Virus record (IMG/VR): IMGVR_UViG_3300045988_074170
DNA length: 64,000 bases
DNA from: a virus
Reading direction: 5' to 3' (one strand)
Part shown: piece after piece, positions 26,060 to 35,735 of the stretch
Layout: each line of letters begins with the position of its first letter
Numbering within the stretch: position 1 is the first letter of the stretch
Position numbers and translations under genes: made by a program
Notes under the pieces: model-generated
Databases searched by the model: none
Seen by the model: the letters and a program-made list of their open reading frames with translations, nothing else
Told to the model about the DNA's origin: nothing

Positions 26060-28399
26060 TTATCCCTGTTGGTCAATTTCAATTCTTATCGGAGTTTCAC
26101 CCTCATCACCTGACATCGGTGTAACCTTTGCCCAATTTTCAGGTAATGGGTCGAGTGCCCATTTCTTAGAGGCAGAAACAACGATTGTCTGAATACCACC
26201 TGTTGCTGGTATCTCAACCGCAGACGGAGTGAATGTCAATTCGCTGTTGCGCTCGAATATAGCCTGAATGTCGAGGTCATGGTCACCAACCCAATATTGA
26301 GTCGGGTTCCGAACGTCTTCCGTAGCATCTGTGATAATGTTCCATTTCTTAAACGTATATCCATCACTCGGAGTAGCAGTAAGCGTGATTTCCGTTCTCG
26401 GCAAACGGCTTCCCTCAACTGTGGCGGTTCCCCATCCTGGTTCAACGATTTCAATGTTTACGTCAAGAGGCAAGTTCATCGTGATGTCAAGCGTCTTGTC
26501 TTTATCCATTGTTACTTCCCCAGTCTGGGTTATTCCCTTGGCGGTGATAGTATAACGGATAACCTCATTCATCGACACTTCGAAACGAACATACCCATTG
26601 GCGTCCGTCGATGAAATAAACCCGTTACTCAACTCTACTTGCGCACCCTGTACAGGTTGCCCGTCAAGTTCTCGTTTGACATTGAACGTCAAGAAGTAGG
26701 AAGTCCGTACCACCCAATCCAACCACGTGTACGACACGACATTCTTGTACGATACAAGGTATCGTCTCACGAACTCTTCGATATCGTTCTTCGTTCTTGC
26801 TGACTTGATTTGGGCATACATTGCTATCACGTTCTTCTGCCCCAGATACCCCTGTGAGAACGGGAGGTCAAGCGGTTTAAGAACTATTCCGGCAATAAGA
26901 ATGTCCGCTGAAATTGAATCCCTGTCCTGAACGATATAAGGAGCCATATACTTCACATCACCAATGAAGCGAAGCGGTCTTCCGTTCTCAAAATTCAAAT
27001 ACAGGCTTTCGTCTTTCTGTTCAAGCACATTATAGATGATACCCCTCAATCGGTAGTATATTCCTGGAACCTTACAGGGACTCTGATAACGGGAACCCGT
27101 GAAGAAACTGTTTGTCTCCCGCCAATCGGTGATACGCACCTGATTGATAAGGTTGAAATTCGCATCGTAACAGTTTACCCCAAACTCAATATTCTGGTTC
27201 CCTAAACTCAATGCCTTCACCCATACAGTCACTTCGTAGTCCATTCCGGGATAAACCTCCATCGCCTTACTTTTATCGGCTTCGGTTGATATACCTACTC
27301 TTCCCCCACCTGTCGGCTGGAAAACGTACATATTATCGATGAATTTTCGTTTCACCGCACCGAGTATAGGGTAATCCTTCAATGGTCCAACTCCGATAGT
27401 GTACGACTCCGAAAACTCAGCCGGAACGTCCTCTCCTGTATAGATTTGCCACGGATAAACCGTATAAATCTCATTCATCTCGGGAGCACCTGTACGCTTC
27501 ATCTGAAGTTCATCTTGGTCAAACTGTATCAGGTCGCTGAATGTATCTCCGGCATAATCGGGTCCATAGTCCCAACCCTTTGACACGGCATTCACGGTTT
27601 CTGTGCCATACCAAGTAGGAGAACTCCACCCTAAACACCAACCCACGTTCTGTGGGGATAACACTCCGAAGATGAACTCATTCGGCTTTTCGTAGCCTAC
27701 CAACCTCCTCAACTCACCCTCTATCGTTCCACCCGTTTCTACGACTTGATATGTTCCTCTCTTGTAGAATTCTTGAATCCAATTATTGAACAGGTAACGA
27801 CGCTGGTCAAGTGTATCAATATTCTCATACACCAACCCCCATCCTTCGATGAATTCCTTCATGAGCAAATCGCTGTTCTCCAACTGACGATAGTTTCGTG
27901 CATAGATTACAACAAATGCAAAATAGTGGGTCATCGTGAGGAAGAATGTATTATAGTCGTCTTGGTTGTTACGACTCACATACATTGGGACTATTCCAGG
28001 CTCAAATAGCTTCTCTAAGACATTTACCGCCCACGTCAGAACCTGTGGGTCGTTGCTGTCAAAGAACGTCTTAAAAATCGTCTTATCGTAAATGGTAGTT
28101 GATAGTGGGTCAGCGTATGGGTCAATAAAGGCTCGCGTCTTAACATACGGTTTCGTCACGTAGTCAAGAACCAAATCACAACTGTCAGTGAGCCGACCCA
28201 GTTCACTGAAAGTTTCTTTCGTCAAAGTTATCCACTCGGTGTACGTTTCACCCCCATCCCTTGAATAGCGGAACAGGCTCTGCTGGTCAGAACGTGCTGC
28301 CCTCAGAACCGTTACCAATCCCGCAGGTGGAATCATTTGGGTGTGAACCGTAAACCCCTGTCCAACTCGAGGAAATTCTTTAAACTTTATTGTCGCCAT
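26060..28399 (-). CDS. Large tail fiber / baseplate-distal protein with C-terminal Ig-like and BACON-like domains
   Basis: 779 aa. The C-terminus LTFTPSAVEIPATGGIQTIVVSASKKWALDPLPENWAKVTPMSGDEGE fits the BACON pattern. Upstream GYTFKKWN repeat-like modules are present. Confidence 0.55.
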   Translation of the reverse strand: MATIKFKEFPRVGQGFTVHTQMIPPAGLVTVLRAARSDQQSLFRYSRDGGETYTEWITLTKETFSELGRLTDSCDLVLDYVTKPYVKTRAFIDPYADPLSTTIYDKTIFKTFFDSNDPQVLTWAVNVLEKLFEPGIVPMYVSRNNQDDYNTFFLTMTHYFAFVVIYARNYRQLENSDLLMKEFIEGWGLVYENIDTLDQRRYLFNNWIQEFYKRGTYQVVETGGTIEGELRRLVGYEKPNEFIFGVLSPQNVGWCLGWSSPTWYGTETVNAVSKGWDYGPDYAGDTFSDLIQFDQDELQMKRTGAPEMNEIYTVYPWQIYTGEDVPAEFSESYTIGVGPLKDYPILGAVKRKFIDNMYVFQPTGGGRVGISTEADKSKAMEVYPGMDYEVTVWVKALSLGNQNIEFGVNCYDANFNLINQVRITDWRETNSFFTGSRYQSPCKVPGIYYRLRGIIYNVLEQKDESLYLNFENGRPLRFIGDVKYMAPYIVQDRDSISADILIAGIVLKPLDLPFSQGYLGQKNVIAMYAQIKSARTKNDIEEFVRRYLVSYKNVVSYTWLDWVVRTSYFLTFNVKRELDGQPVQGAQVELSNGFISSTDANGYVRFEVSMNEVIRYTITAKGITQTGEVTMDKDKTLDITMNLPLDVNIEIVEPGWGTATVEGSRLPRTEITLTATPSDGYTFKKWNIITDATEDVRNPTQYWVGDHDLDIQAIFERNSELTFTPSAVEIPATGGIQTIVVSASKKWALDPLPENWAKVTPMSGDEGETPIRIEIDQQG

Positions 28400-28401
28400 C
28401 G

Positions 28402-28872
28402 TTACTTCTTAAATTTTCTTATCAGCCAAAAGATTCCTCCACCAACAGTGGCTATCCCTGCGTAGAAGAATATCTTTTCCCACCACCGTAACGGCATACG
28501 TTTCGGAACCTCAACTTTCTTCTCGACCTCGACAGGATACGGAGCGGGAACTTCCTTGATAACTTCCCTATCCTTATACACTACTTTGACCGGAATACTG
28601 TCTTGCTTGTTTTCAATATCATGCTCGAGCAAACCCGATTCCCCATGATATGTTGCGGTTGAACGAGCGTATTTCGTTTCAACCGTGCTTGTCGTATCAG
28701 GTGTGATTACTTTCACATACTCCTTCTCGAGTTGTACCTGTACGACTGTGTCCCGTACTGTTTCCGTTACTGTAACAGTCTTCTCCACGGGAATATAAAT
28801 CTTTCGGCTGCACGCAGCAACCAAAAGAACTATTCCCACCAGCATAAAAGCCACTTTCGAAATCTTTTTCAT
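28402..28872 (-). CDS. Unimolecular-spanin-like protein (N-terminal lipoprotein signal + C-terminal TM helix)
   Basis: The lipobox in MKKISKVAFMLVGIVLLVAAC is followed by a beta-rich middle region. The C-terminal hydrophobic helix is IFFYAGIATVGGGIFWLI followed by RKFKK. Confidence 0.5.
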   Translation of the reverse strand: MKKISKVAFMLVGIVLLVAACSRKIYIPVEKTVTVTETVRDTVVQVQLEKEYVKVITPDTTSTVETKYARSTATYHGESGLLEHDIENKQDSIPVKVVYKDREVIKEVPAPYPVEVEKKVEVPKRMPLRWWEKIFFYAGIATVGGGIFWLIRKFKK

Positions 28873-28879
28873 ATCTTAA

Positions 28880-29338
28880 TTATTCAATGGTTATCCAAAC
28901 ATTCCTCCCAGCCTTAATCGCTTCACGGACAAGTTTCTTGACCCTGTCAGTGACGTTGAACTGGTTCCTCAGTTGTTCCCTTCCAGGAACCCTGTCGCCT
29001 GTCAAAATGCATCCTTCGGTATGTCCTGGATTGGCTCCTGCGTGAATAAGTATCCCCAAGAAGTGAGGCACGTCTTCAAGAGCAGGATATTCTTTTCCGA
29101 ATTTCGGAGAATACCGATAGATAACTTTATAACGTCCTGGAGGAATACAGGTTTCTCCGTACACCTTTTCAGGACATTTGCAAGCAACTCCCCTTGGAGT
29201 ATTAGGACAGGTCTCCGGAAGTTTACGTTGGGTGTCTTCCAAAGTATCAGCTATCCTCAACCCATCACAATACAAAACTCCCATCGTGGCGGTTGAGGAA
29301 AATTCCTGACGAATAAGTTTCAATTCTAAATTATCCAT
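28880..29338 (-). CDS. Putative cell-wall hydrolase with YkuD-like H...GC motif (DUF5675-like)
   Basis: 152 aa. ILIHAGANPGHTEGCILTG resembles the L,D-transpeptidase-fold catalytic H/C signature. Adjacent to the spanin-like gene. Confidence 0.35.
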   Translation of the reverse strand: MDNLELKLIRQEFSSTATMGVLYCDGLRIADTLEDTQRKLPETCPNTPRGVACKCPEKVYGETCIPPGRYKVIYRYSPKFGKEYPALEDVPHFLGILIHAGANPGHTEGCILTGDRVPGREQLRNQFNVTDRVKKLVREAIKAGRNVWITIE

Positions 29339-29398
29339 ATCACTTTATCTTTATATTCAACAGCGTAAAAATACAGCAAATTTTCTCTTGAAACAAGT

Positions 29399-30571
29399 CT
29401 AATTTGCGGGATAAAACACGGGTGAGAACTCGTTTGACTCATCAAACATCACGTTCCCTTCCAAGTCTCTCATTATAAATTTCTTAATTCTCGGAAGCAT
29501 GAAATCTGATACAGGCTCATCAACTGACGGCTTGAACCATTCAGAAGCAACATAACGAACCCCCTCTGTATTCTTCACTATCTCTAACAGGTTATCCCAC
29601 TCAACTCGTTGGCCAGCTTCCCAGAAGCGGAAGTCAAGATACTTCGTCATTCCAACCTGTATGTTCTTTCTCACAACAGCCGTATCATAGCCAGCCTCCA
29701 GTTCACAACGGAAATCAACACCGTCTTCCCCTCCAACTTCGTACCACGTAGCGTTCTCCAACTTGATACCCATCAACTTCCCGGAAACTATCATATCTCC
29801 GATACCGAAATAGGGAGTCGCTTTTTCAAGCAATGTCTTCAACTCTGCGGAGGAAAGTTCTTGACCGTTCTGTGTCGCCAACTGTATGTGAATGAACGAG
29901 TCTTCCATGATTCCTACAAACATAATCTTGAGGATTCTGTTATCGAAATTTTGAAAGATTTGAGTCAGTTTTTCAATCGTCGCTGTGGCATACACGTTCT
30001 GGTGGTTCAGGATACGTCTCCGAAACATTTCATCGCTCTCCTTGTCACGACCGCCAATGGCATAGTATTCATTCGTACATTCGTAGTGCCCTTGCGGAAT
30101 AGGGTTCACGGTCGTAATACTGTTCGCATCAACGTTCGTAAAGCTCCCTAAAGCCTCGCTTCTCACCTTTACATAACCATACCCCGACTCGCCAACTGTA
30201 AGAGAGTTTTCGATGGCGAAACGAACGCCATTTGTGCTCACAAAGGTATTCACTCCAGCCGTGTACGTTGTTCCTGGCTCAGCATATACTCTGATGTACG
30301 TAGAAGAACCCAACGCTCCGTAACGAGCCGTCACTCCAAACAGTGAGGCTGCTCTATCCAAGTAATCACCAGCAGCCGTTTCTGGAAAGATTTGAGCCTC
30401 TACGATAGCCACGTCCTTGATTGCCTTTTGCGCAACCTTTGCCGTCGCATATGCGGCAGCGTTCAAAACGGAGTTGTCGGTGATATCTGACACTTTATCC
30501 GTTTTGTTCAAAAATGTCTCGACCCAAAGATTTTTCAGGAATGAGATTGTGTTATTTACTTTCGTTATCAT
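29399..30571 (-). CDS. Baseplate J-like protein
   Basis: 390 aa. The FPETAAGDYLDRAASLFGVTARYGALGSSTYIRV region matches the gpJ/gp6-family pattern. Lies in the baseplate neighbourhood. Confidence 0.65.
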   Translation of the reverse strand: MITKVNNTISFLKNLWVETFLNKTDKVSDITDNSVLNAAAYATAKVAQKAIKDVAIVEAQIFPETAAGDYLDRAASLFGVTARYGALGSSTYIRVYAEPGTTYTAGVNTFVSTNGVRFAIENSLTVGESGYGYVKVRSEALGSFTNVDANSITTVNPIPQGHYECTNEYYAIGGRDKESDEMFRRRILNHQNVYATATIEKLTQIFQNFDNRILKIMFVGIMEDSFIHIQLATQNGQELSSAELKTLLEKATPYFGIGDMIVSGKLMGIKLENATWYEVGGEDGVDFRCELEAGYDTAVVRKNIQVGMTKYLDFRFWEAGQRVEWDNLLEIVKNTEGVRYVASEWFKPSVDEPVSDFMLPRIKKFIMRDLEGNVMFDESNEFSPVFYPAN

Positions 30572-31488
30572 ATCTGAATATTTGTTACAAGGAAATTATT
30601 CGTGACTGTCTTCGCCTGTATCTTCATGAAGATTGCGTCCTCTTTACGGTACAGGTCAAGAAGATTTACCTCAACCCAACGAGCGTCCCTTTGGAACATA
30701 TTGACAAGATGCTTAAACAGGGACGGATACTGTATAGCGTTCACCGAACTACCGATTGCCTCGTTAGGAAGCCCATAATCCGGGAACTCCGGAATTGAAC
30801 CTTTCAACGAATTGATGATAGTGTCAAGTGCCTGTCCTATCGCTGCCTCGTATTCAAGTGTCGCCAAGTCATCATTTTCAAACCGAAAGTTCTTATCAAT
30901 GTCCTTTCCGAGTATCTTCTCAGAATCAAGATTATCAACGATGTTAGGAATGTTGAAATTTCCCGTAGTACGAATGTTGATTTTGAACATCCCTCCACCC
31001 TTGTTAGCATCGTAGTCCTCTTCCTCTACCAAGTTGTTTCTTGCGATATCGACCCAATCATCCTGAGGATTGTTCGAACCTAACTGTGACGATACATTCT
31101 CAAACGTCTCACGAGTCTTGAGAACCCTCTGAAGTGCAACGTTCATACCGTACCGCCCAATGATAGCCGAGCGCAACCATCGTGATGAATTGTCTATCGT
31201 CCACAACTTCGTTTGACACTCCGTGAACATATCAAGCAATTCCCATGAATCTATTCTCGCCAAGCCTGTTGCCTTGAGCGTGAACAGGGGTTCAATCTCT
31301 CGTGACTGTTTTAACAGCGTATCAAGCCGTCCGAATGAATCCCCGATATCAATATCGTCCTGACCTGTATAATATGCAACTATCAGAGGATAGTAGGAAT
31401 TCGCGAACAGCGCAAACGACTCAAAGAACGACTGAATGTCGTACCCTGTTTGCTTCTTAAAGGTCTCTAATGCGTCTCTCATAACCAC
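30568..31488 (-). CDS. Baseplate-module protein (unassigned)
   Basis: 306-aa ORF, translationally coupled to both neighbours by 4-nt and 10-nt overlaps. Confidence 0.5.
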   Translation of the reverse strand: MVMRDALETFKKQTGYDIQSFFESFALFANSYYPLIVAYYTGQDDIDIGDSFGRLDTLLKQSREIEPLFTLKATGLARIDSWELLDMFTECQTKLWTIDNSSRWLRSAIIGRYGMNVALQRVLKTRETFENVSSQLGSNNPQDDWVDIARNNLVEEEDYDANKGGGMFKINIRTTGNFNIPNIVDNLDSEKILGKDIDKNFRFENDDLATLEYEAAIGQALDTIINSLKGSIPEFPDYGLPNEAIGSSVNAIQYPSLFKHLVNMFQRDARWVEVNLLDLYRKEDAIFMKIQAKTVTNNFLVTNIQI

Positions 31489-32273
31489 CCCTCCAATACT
31501 GTTTCAGTTACAGGTTGCAAAGCGTCTGTGACCACTGAAGCGACCTCACTCACTCCCGTCTGTATCATCGAAGGAAGTAACTTATCAAGCAACGATTTGT
31601 TATTCTTGTTAGATACTGCCTCCAGCGGAGCCAACGCTATCAACGTCAAATTATAATTCCAAATCATGTTTTTCGACAAGTCCTGAGAGAACTGTACCCC
31701 ACTCGGTGGAATAGCCACAAGATAACTTTCCCCGAGTGCCATGTTATAGAAGTACAAACGCAACGGTTTACCCTTATCGTCAAGACCCACACTCTTACTT
31801 GCCATAGCCTGTAATATCTTCATCACACCATAACCCGTCTTGACGTTCAGGTTAAAGTTCGAAAAGGCGAGTCCCGATATTGAACCGCTTTTCTTTGTAA
31901 TGTCGAACAGGTGGTATTTCCCAGCACTCACACTCTTACTTGAAGAGTTGATGCTCACATCTGGCTTTGGATTTATCAGGATTTTGAATTGACGACCGAA
32001 ACTTCCCTTAATGTTAATTTCCTGAGGCGAATAAGAAGGAGTCGACAATACTGTTACTCCAGCCATTGACTTCTTGATATTCGTTCGAGTAGGTTCGGTC
32101 TTTGAGATAGAATCCGGCATAATAGGGAATGTCAGATAATCTATCGTATTGTCATCACTATCCGCAAGTTCCAAAGCAACCATGTACCATTCGAAGTCGT
32201 TGGGATACAGGCTCGCAAGAGCCTGTCCCCCGATTGACTTCGCCATGTTCATAACTGTATCTAATGCAGACAT
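31479..32273 (-). CDS. Baseplate-module protein (unassigned)
   Basis: 264-aa co-oriented ORF. Confidence 0.5.
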   Translation of the reverse strand: MSALDTVMNMAKSIGGQALASLYPNDFEWYMVALELADSDDNTIDYLTFPIMPDSISKTEPTRTNIKKSMAGVTVLSTPSYSPQEINIKGSFGRQFKILINPKPDVSINSSSKSVSAGKYHLFDITKKSGSISGLAFSNFNLNVKTGYGVMKILQAMASKSVGLDDKGKPLRLYFYNMALGESYLVAIPPSGVQFSQDLSKNMIWNYNLTLIALAPLEAVSNKNNKSLLDKLLPSMIQTGVSEVASVVTDALQPVTETVLEGWL

Positions 32274-32306
32274 ATCTTTAAATTTTTCTACAAATATAGT
32301 AAATCG

Positions 32307-32528
32307 TTACAATATTTTTCCTGGACCAGTCGTAGCACCTGTCTGAGCAGTAGCAGAACCAGCGGTCGAAACAGGGATTCCAGCCTGAACCTCACCCGTC
32401 TTGACAAAAGCGTCAATTGCGTCTGCCAACCCGTTCGCGAACTTACTATCATCAATCTCGGTTTCCTTTCTCGCGTCTGTCATCAATTTCAATATTGATT
32501 GTGCGAGTGCTGTTTTATTTAATGGCAT
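32307..32528 (-). CDS. Small baseplate-module protein
   Basis: 73-aa ORF in a tight gap. Confidence 0.45.
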   Translation of the reverse strand: MPLNKTALAQSILKLMTDARKETEIDDSKFANGLADAIDAFVKTGEVQAGIPVSTAGSATAQTGATTGPGKIL

Positions 32529-32534
32529 AATCTC

Positions 32535-33575
32535 TTATTTATTAAAGAATTGTTTCAATAAACTGTTCAATTCAGTCGTCTTCTGGATTGTAGGCGGTAA
32601 CGGTGTACCACTCGGACCAACAGCCGTTGAAACGGTCAATGTTGCTATCGCATCCACAATCTTCGTCAACAACTCGTTCAAACCTGTGCCACCATTAATA
32701 ATCGCCATTTTCCCATTGCTGATTTCAATCATCGCTTCTCCTTGAGAAAGAGTTACTTTCTTGTCCTCAAAACGTAGGGTGCAATCGAATATCGTGGTTT
32801 CGGCTTTGCTTCCATTTACCGTGTGTTTGTAATCGGTGTCACCCACCTTTGTTTCGGTCACGAACCCTTGCTCCGTTATAGTCGTTTTTGAGAAGTCTTT
32901 GTCCTCGTCCTCACCATACGTAGCAAACACACTCATTTCTTCCTTATTGACGCTTATTCCCGACTCATTTTCGGTGACAGGGTCAATCATCTTTGCAGTG
33001 AGTTCCTCAAAAGCCTCTATTTCGGCTTTCTTGCTCGCAGTCACTTTCACTGTACCCGTTGAACCAACCTCAAGAAGAGCGTTCTCATCGCCAAGTGCAT
33101 TTATCTTGAGCGTTCCGAACTGTTGCCCCCGAACATTGATAAACAGGGTTCCTCGCTTCGCACTACCTGTAATGCTCAAAGAACCCTTGTCCCATTCCCG
33201 AAGGATTGAAAACTCTTCATCACTTCTCATAGGGATTCTTCCATTCGTTGCAACAAACGTACCAACTATCATTGGTTGGTTCATGTACGACTGTGAAATC
33301 CACATTACTGGAGTTCCCTTCTCACCAACTTTTCGAGGAAACTGTATGTTCTGAAGAGCCTCGTTTGAAATAAAGCACTCGTGAATAATATTCCCCTCGC
33401 TATCATCAATGATAGATATCTTGTTGGTTCTGAAACAGGTGTCAACGAACTTATCTCGGTCAACCCCCTCCGGAATCAATACATATCCGAACCCAGTTGT
33501 TTGCTGAACTGTCCCCTGTTTGCGTACAGGGGAAACTCCTTGCTTTCCTACTTTCTTAACTCTAATCTGTGCCAT
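32535..33575 (-). CDS. Baseplate hub/spike-region protein (unassigned)
   Basis: 346-aa ORF between the large hub-like protein and the baseplate genes. Confidence 0.45.
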   Translation of the reverse strand: MAQIRVKKVGKQGVSPVRKQGTVQQTTGFGYVLIPEGVDRDKFVDTCFRTNKISIIDDSEGNIIHECFISNEALQNIQFPRKVGEKGTPVMWISQSYMNQPMIVGTFVATNGRIPMRSDEEFSILREWDKGSLSITGSAKRGTLFINVRGQQFGTLKINALGDENALLEVGSTGTVKVTASKKAEIEAFEELTAKMIDPVTENESGISVNKEEMSVFATYGEDEDKDFSKTTITEQGFVTETKVGDTDYKHTVNGSKAETTIFDCTLRFEDKKVTLSQGEAMIEISNGKMAIINGGTGLNELLTKIVDAIATLTVSTAVGPSGTPLPPTIQKTTELNSLLKQFFNK

Positions 33576-35730
33576 CTTTAAACATTTCTCTTTTTAAGAA
33601 GAAGTTGAACACACTTGAATTGACTCCAAACTTCGTAGAAGAAGGAGCAATCGTTTCATCCTTATGCTTTGGGTCACGTTTCTGAATGTCGGCTCGTATT
33701 CCGTCTATATCCACGATGTTGAAATAGTTGTTAGAAGCATTCGTGATATACTCAACCAACATTCCTCTTTCAACTGTCAACACCGTAACACGGTCAATTG
33801 CATCGTTCGTGAACGATATTGTATTGTTTACGGCTGTAACATAGAACAACTCCTGGGTGGATTCTAAGATAATGAACGTCCCCACTTTGATACGTCTATC
33901 CCCATTCAGCGTTATCGTTCCCTTACGAGTAAACGGAAGATAACAGGTCGTCTCCACAACGTATAACAGGTCATTCAACAAGGCTTGCGACATTGTGTTG
34001 ATATTCTTCTCATCGTCCTTTCCTTTCAGGCTCTTTTCTGATAGGTAGATGTCATTCGTGATGCACCGCTTATTTCCGAAACGCTCCACGTATTCATTCA
34101 GGAAGATAATAGGAACCAACGCCAATGACGAAAACTGTGAACTACCTGTCAAAGCATTCTGAGGCATTATCCTGTACCAAGCATAAACACGGTTATCGTA
34201 CTCAAGAGAATACGACAGTAAATCCTTCGGCTCTACTCCAACATACTGTTTCGAATTAACGACACTTTGTATCGCTGTCTTCGTGAACGGTGGCTGGCGA
34301 GCCATAAGGTCGTATTCATTCCCCCACGTATCCCCCCAAAATTCAACGAAAGGTTGCTGGCAAATCTTATTGAAGAAGTCCATCAGGGTTCCTTCGGGGT
34401 TCGTCAGTGAACGGTCAACGATACGTCTGTCTGACAGTTGTGAATCTACCCATAACTTTATCATCTGCCATACCCCTCGTGCTTCCGGACGTTGAGCGCA
34501 ATGAGCAAAGATACTGTCAGGCACGATACCTATGTTAGACAACTGGTCAATAATGAACGATGATACCGTATCAATTTTCTGGAATTCATACGCAAAATAA
34601 TAGTCGTAAGAACCTGTCACCATATTACGCTTGAACCACGATGAAGACGGGTCTCCACCATAGAACCAACGGTCGGGACTTCCCTCAACAAATTTCAACG
34701 GAATAAAGTAGGAGCCATCCTCAACTAACAACTTCGACAGGTCTCGTCCATTTACGTTCACCGCATAATCAGTGCTATTGGCATCTACATTCGTTGAAAC
34801 GGTATCAACCAACCCCATCATATCCCATATCAACTTGTTATTCAATTCTGACGGTTCTACGACGTGTGTGCTCGACTGTCGCTTCCCTTGGTCTTCGTAC
34901 TTCTCTTTCTTCAGTTTCTCGAACCGTATAAAGACCATGTCATTATGCTGTATAAACTTCGAGAACCAATCACGATTGATACTCCCTCGCTTATCAGTGA
35001 TGTTGAAATGGTTAGCGAAATCATCCCCAAATGTCTGTATTGTCAGCGTATCAGTAGGAACCAACTCGAAAGAAAATGTCCCCATCTGAAAGTCCTTTTG
35101 AGTCGAACAGGTTCTTATCCATGAACTGATGTCGTATATCTTACCGAAAGCGTGAGAATATACCCACACTTTGATATTCAATGCTTTCATCTGAACGTGA
35201 TACTCTTTATTCTCATCGCCTGAACCCAACGCTGCCGCACGCTTCCGTGCCGCATACGAGTCGTTGATAGGCTTCGAACTACTTGATTCCCCATTGTTCG
35301 TAGGCGAGTCCCAAGGAACATATTCGGGGTCGGACAAGAGTTCTGCCTGTTTATCTGACCAGAAAGCCGAAAAACTGCTGTACTGGCGCATAAACAGGTC
35401 GGACGCAAGTATCTCTTGCAGTTCGGCTGTTATCTGTTTGTTCGGTATAGCGTACCAAGTACCGATAGGAATCAACGGTGGCTTATTCTGCTCTATTTCG
35501 CTCTTGTATTTCTCTTTCATGAGCGGAGAATAATTGTTGATGATTACCTCCGCATTTGTCAAATGACCGTCTGAAAACTTTAAGAAGTCGTCGACAGTCA
35601 AGTCTTCTTGATACCCCTGTTTCTTCAGGTCGTCAAGGAAATCTTGGATAGTCGCTGCCTCGCGACTATCTCCAATCCCCTGGAACCAACTTGTTGAATA
35701 CGGTGGTATTTTCTTTTCCTCTTCTGCCAT
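33562..35730 (-). CDS. Large baseplate hub / distal tail protein (unassigned)
   Basis: 722-aa ORF immediately downstream of the tape measure gene. Confidence 0.5.
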   Translation of the reverse strand: MAEEEKKIPPYSTSWFQGIGDSREAATIQDFLDDLKKQGYQEDLTVDDFLKFSDGHLTNAEVIINNYSPLMKEKYKSEIEQNKPPLIPIGTWYAIPNKQITAELQEILASDLFMRQYSSFSAFWSDKQAELLSDPEYVPWDSPTNNGESSSSKPINDSYAARKRAAALGSGDENKEYHVQMKALNIKVWVYSHAFGKIYDISSWIRTCSTQKDFQMGTFSFELVPTDTLTIQTFGDDFANHFNITDKRGSINRDWFSKFIQHNDMVFIRFEKLKKEKYEDQGKRQSSTHVVEPSELNNKLIWDMMGLVDTVSTNVDANSTDYAVNVNGRDLSKLLVEDGSYFIPLKFVEGSPDRWFYGGDPSSSWFKRNMVTGSYDYYFAYEFQKIDTVSSFIIDQLSNIGIVPDSIFAHCAQRPEARGVWQMIKLWVDSQLSDRRIVDRSLTNPEGTLMDFFNKICQQPFVEFWGDTWGNEYDLMARQPPFTKTAIQSVVNSKQYVGVEPKDLLSYSLEYDNRVYAWYRIMPQNALTGSSQFSSLALVPIIFLNEYVERFGNKRCITNDIYLSEKSLKGKDDEKNINTMSQALLNDLLYVVETTCYLPFTRKGTITLNGDRRIKVGTFIILESTQELFYVTAVNNTISFTNDAIDRVTVLTVERGMLVEYITNASNNYFNIVDIDGIRADIQKRDPKHKDETIAPSSTKFGVNSSVFNFFLKREMFKDGTD

Positions 35731-35735
35731 AACCC

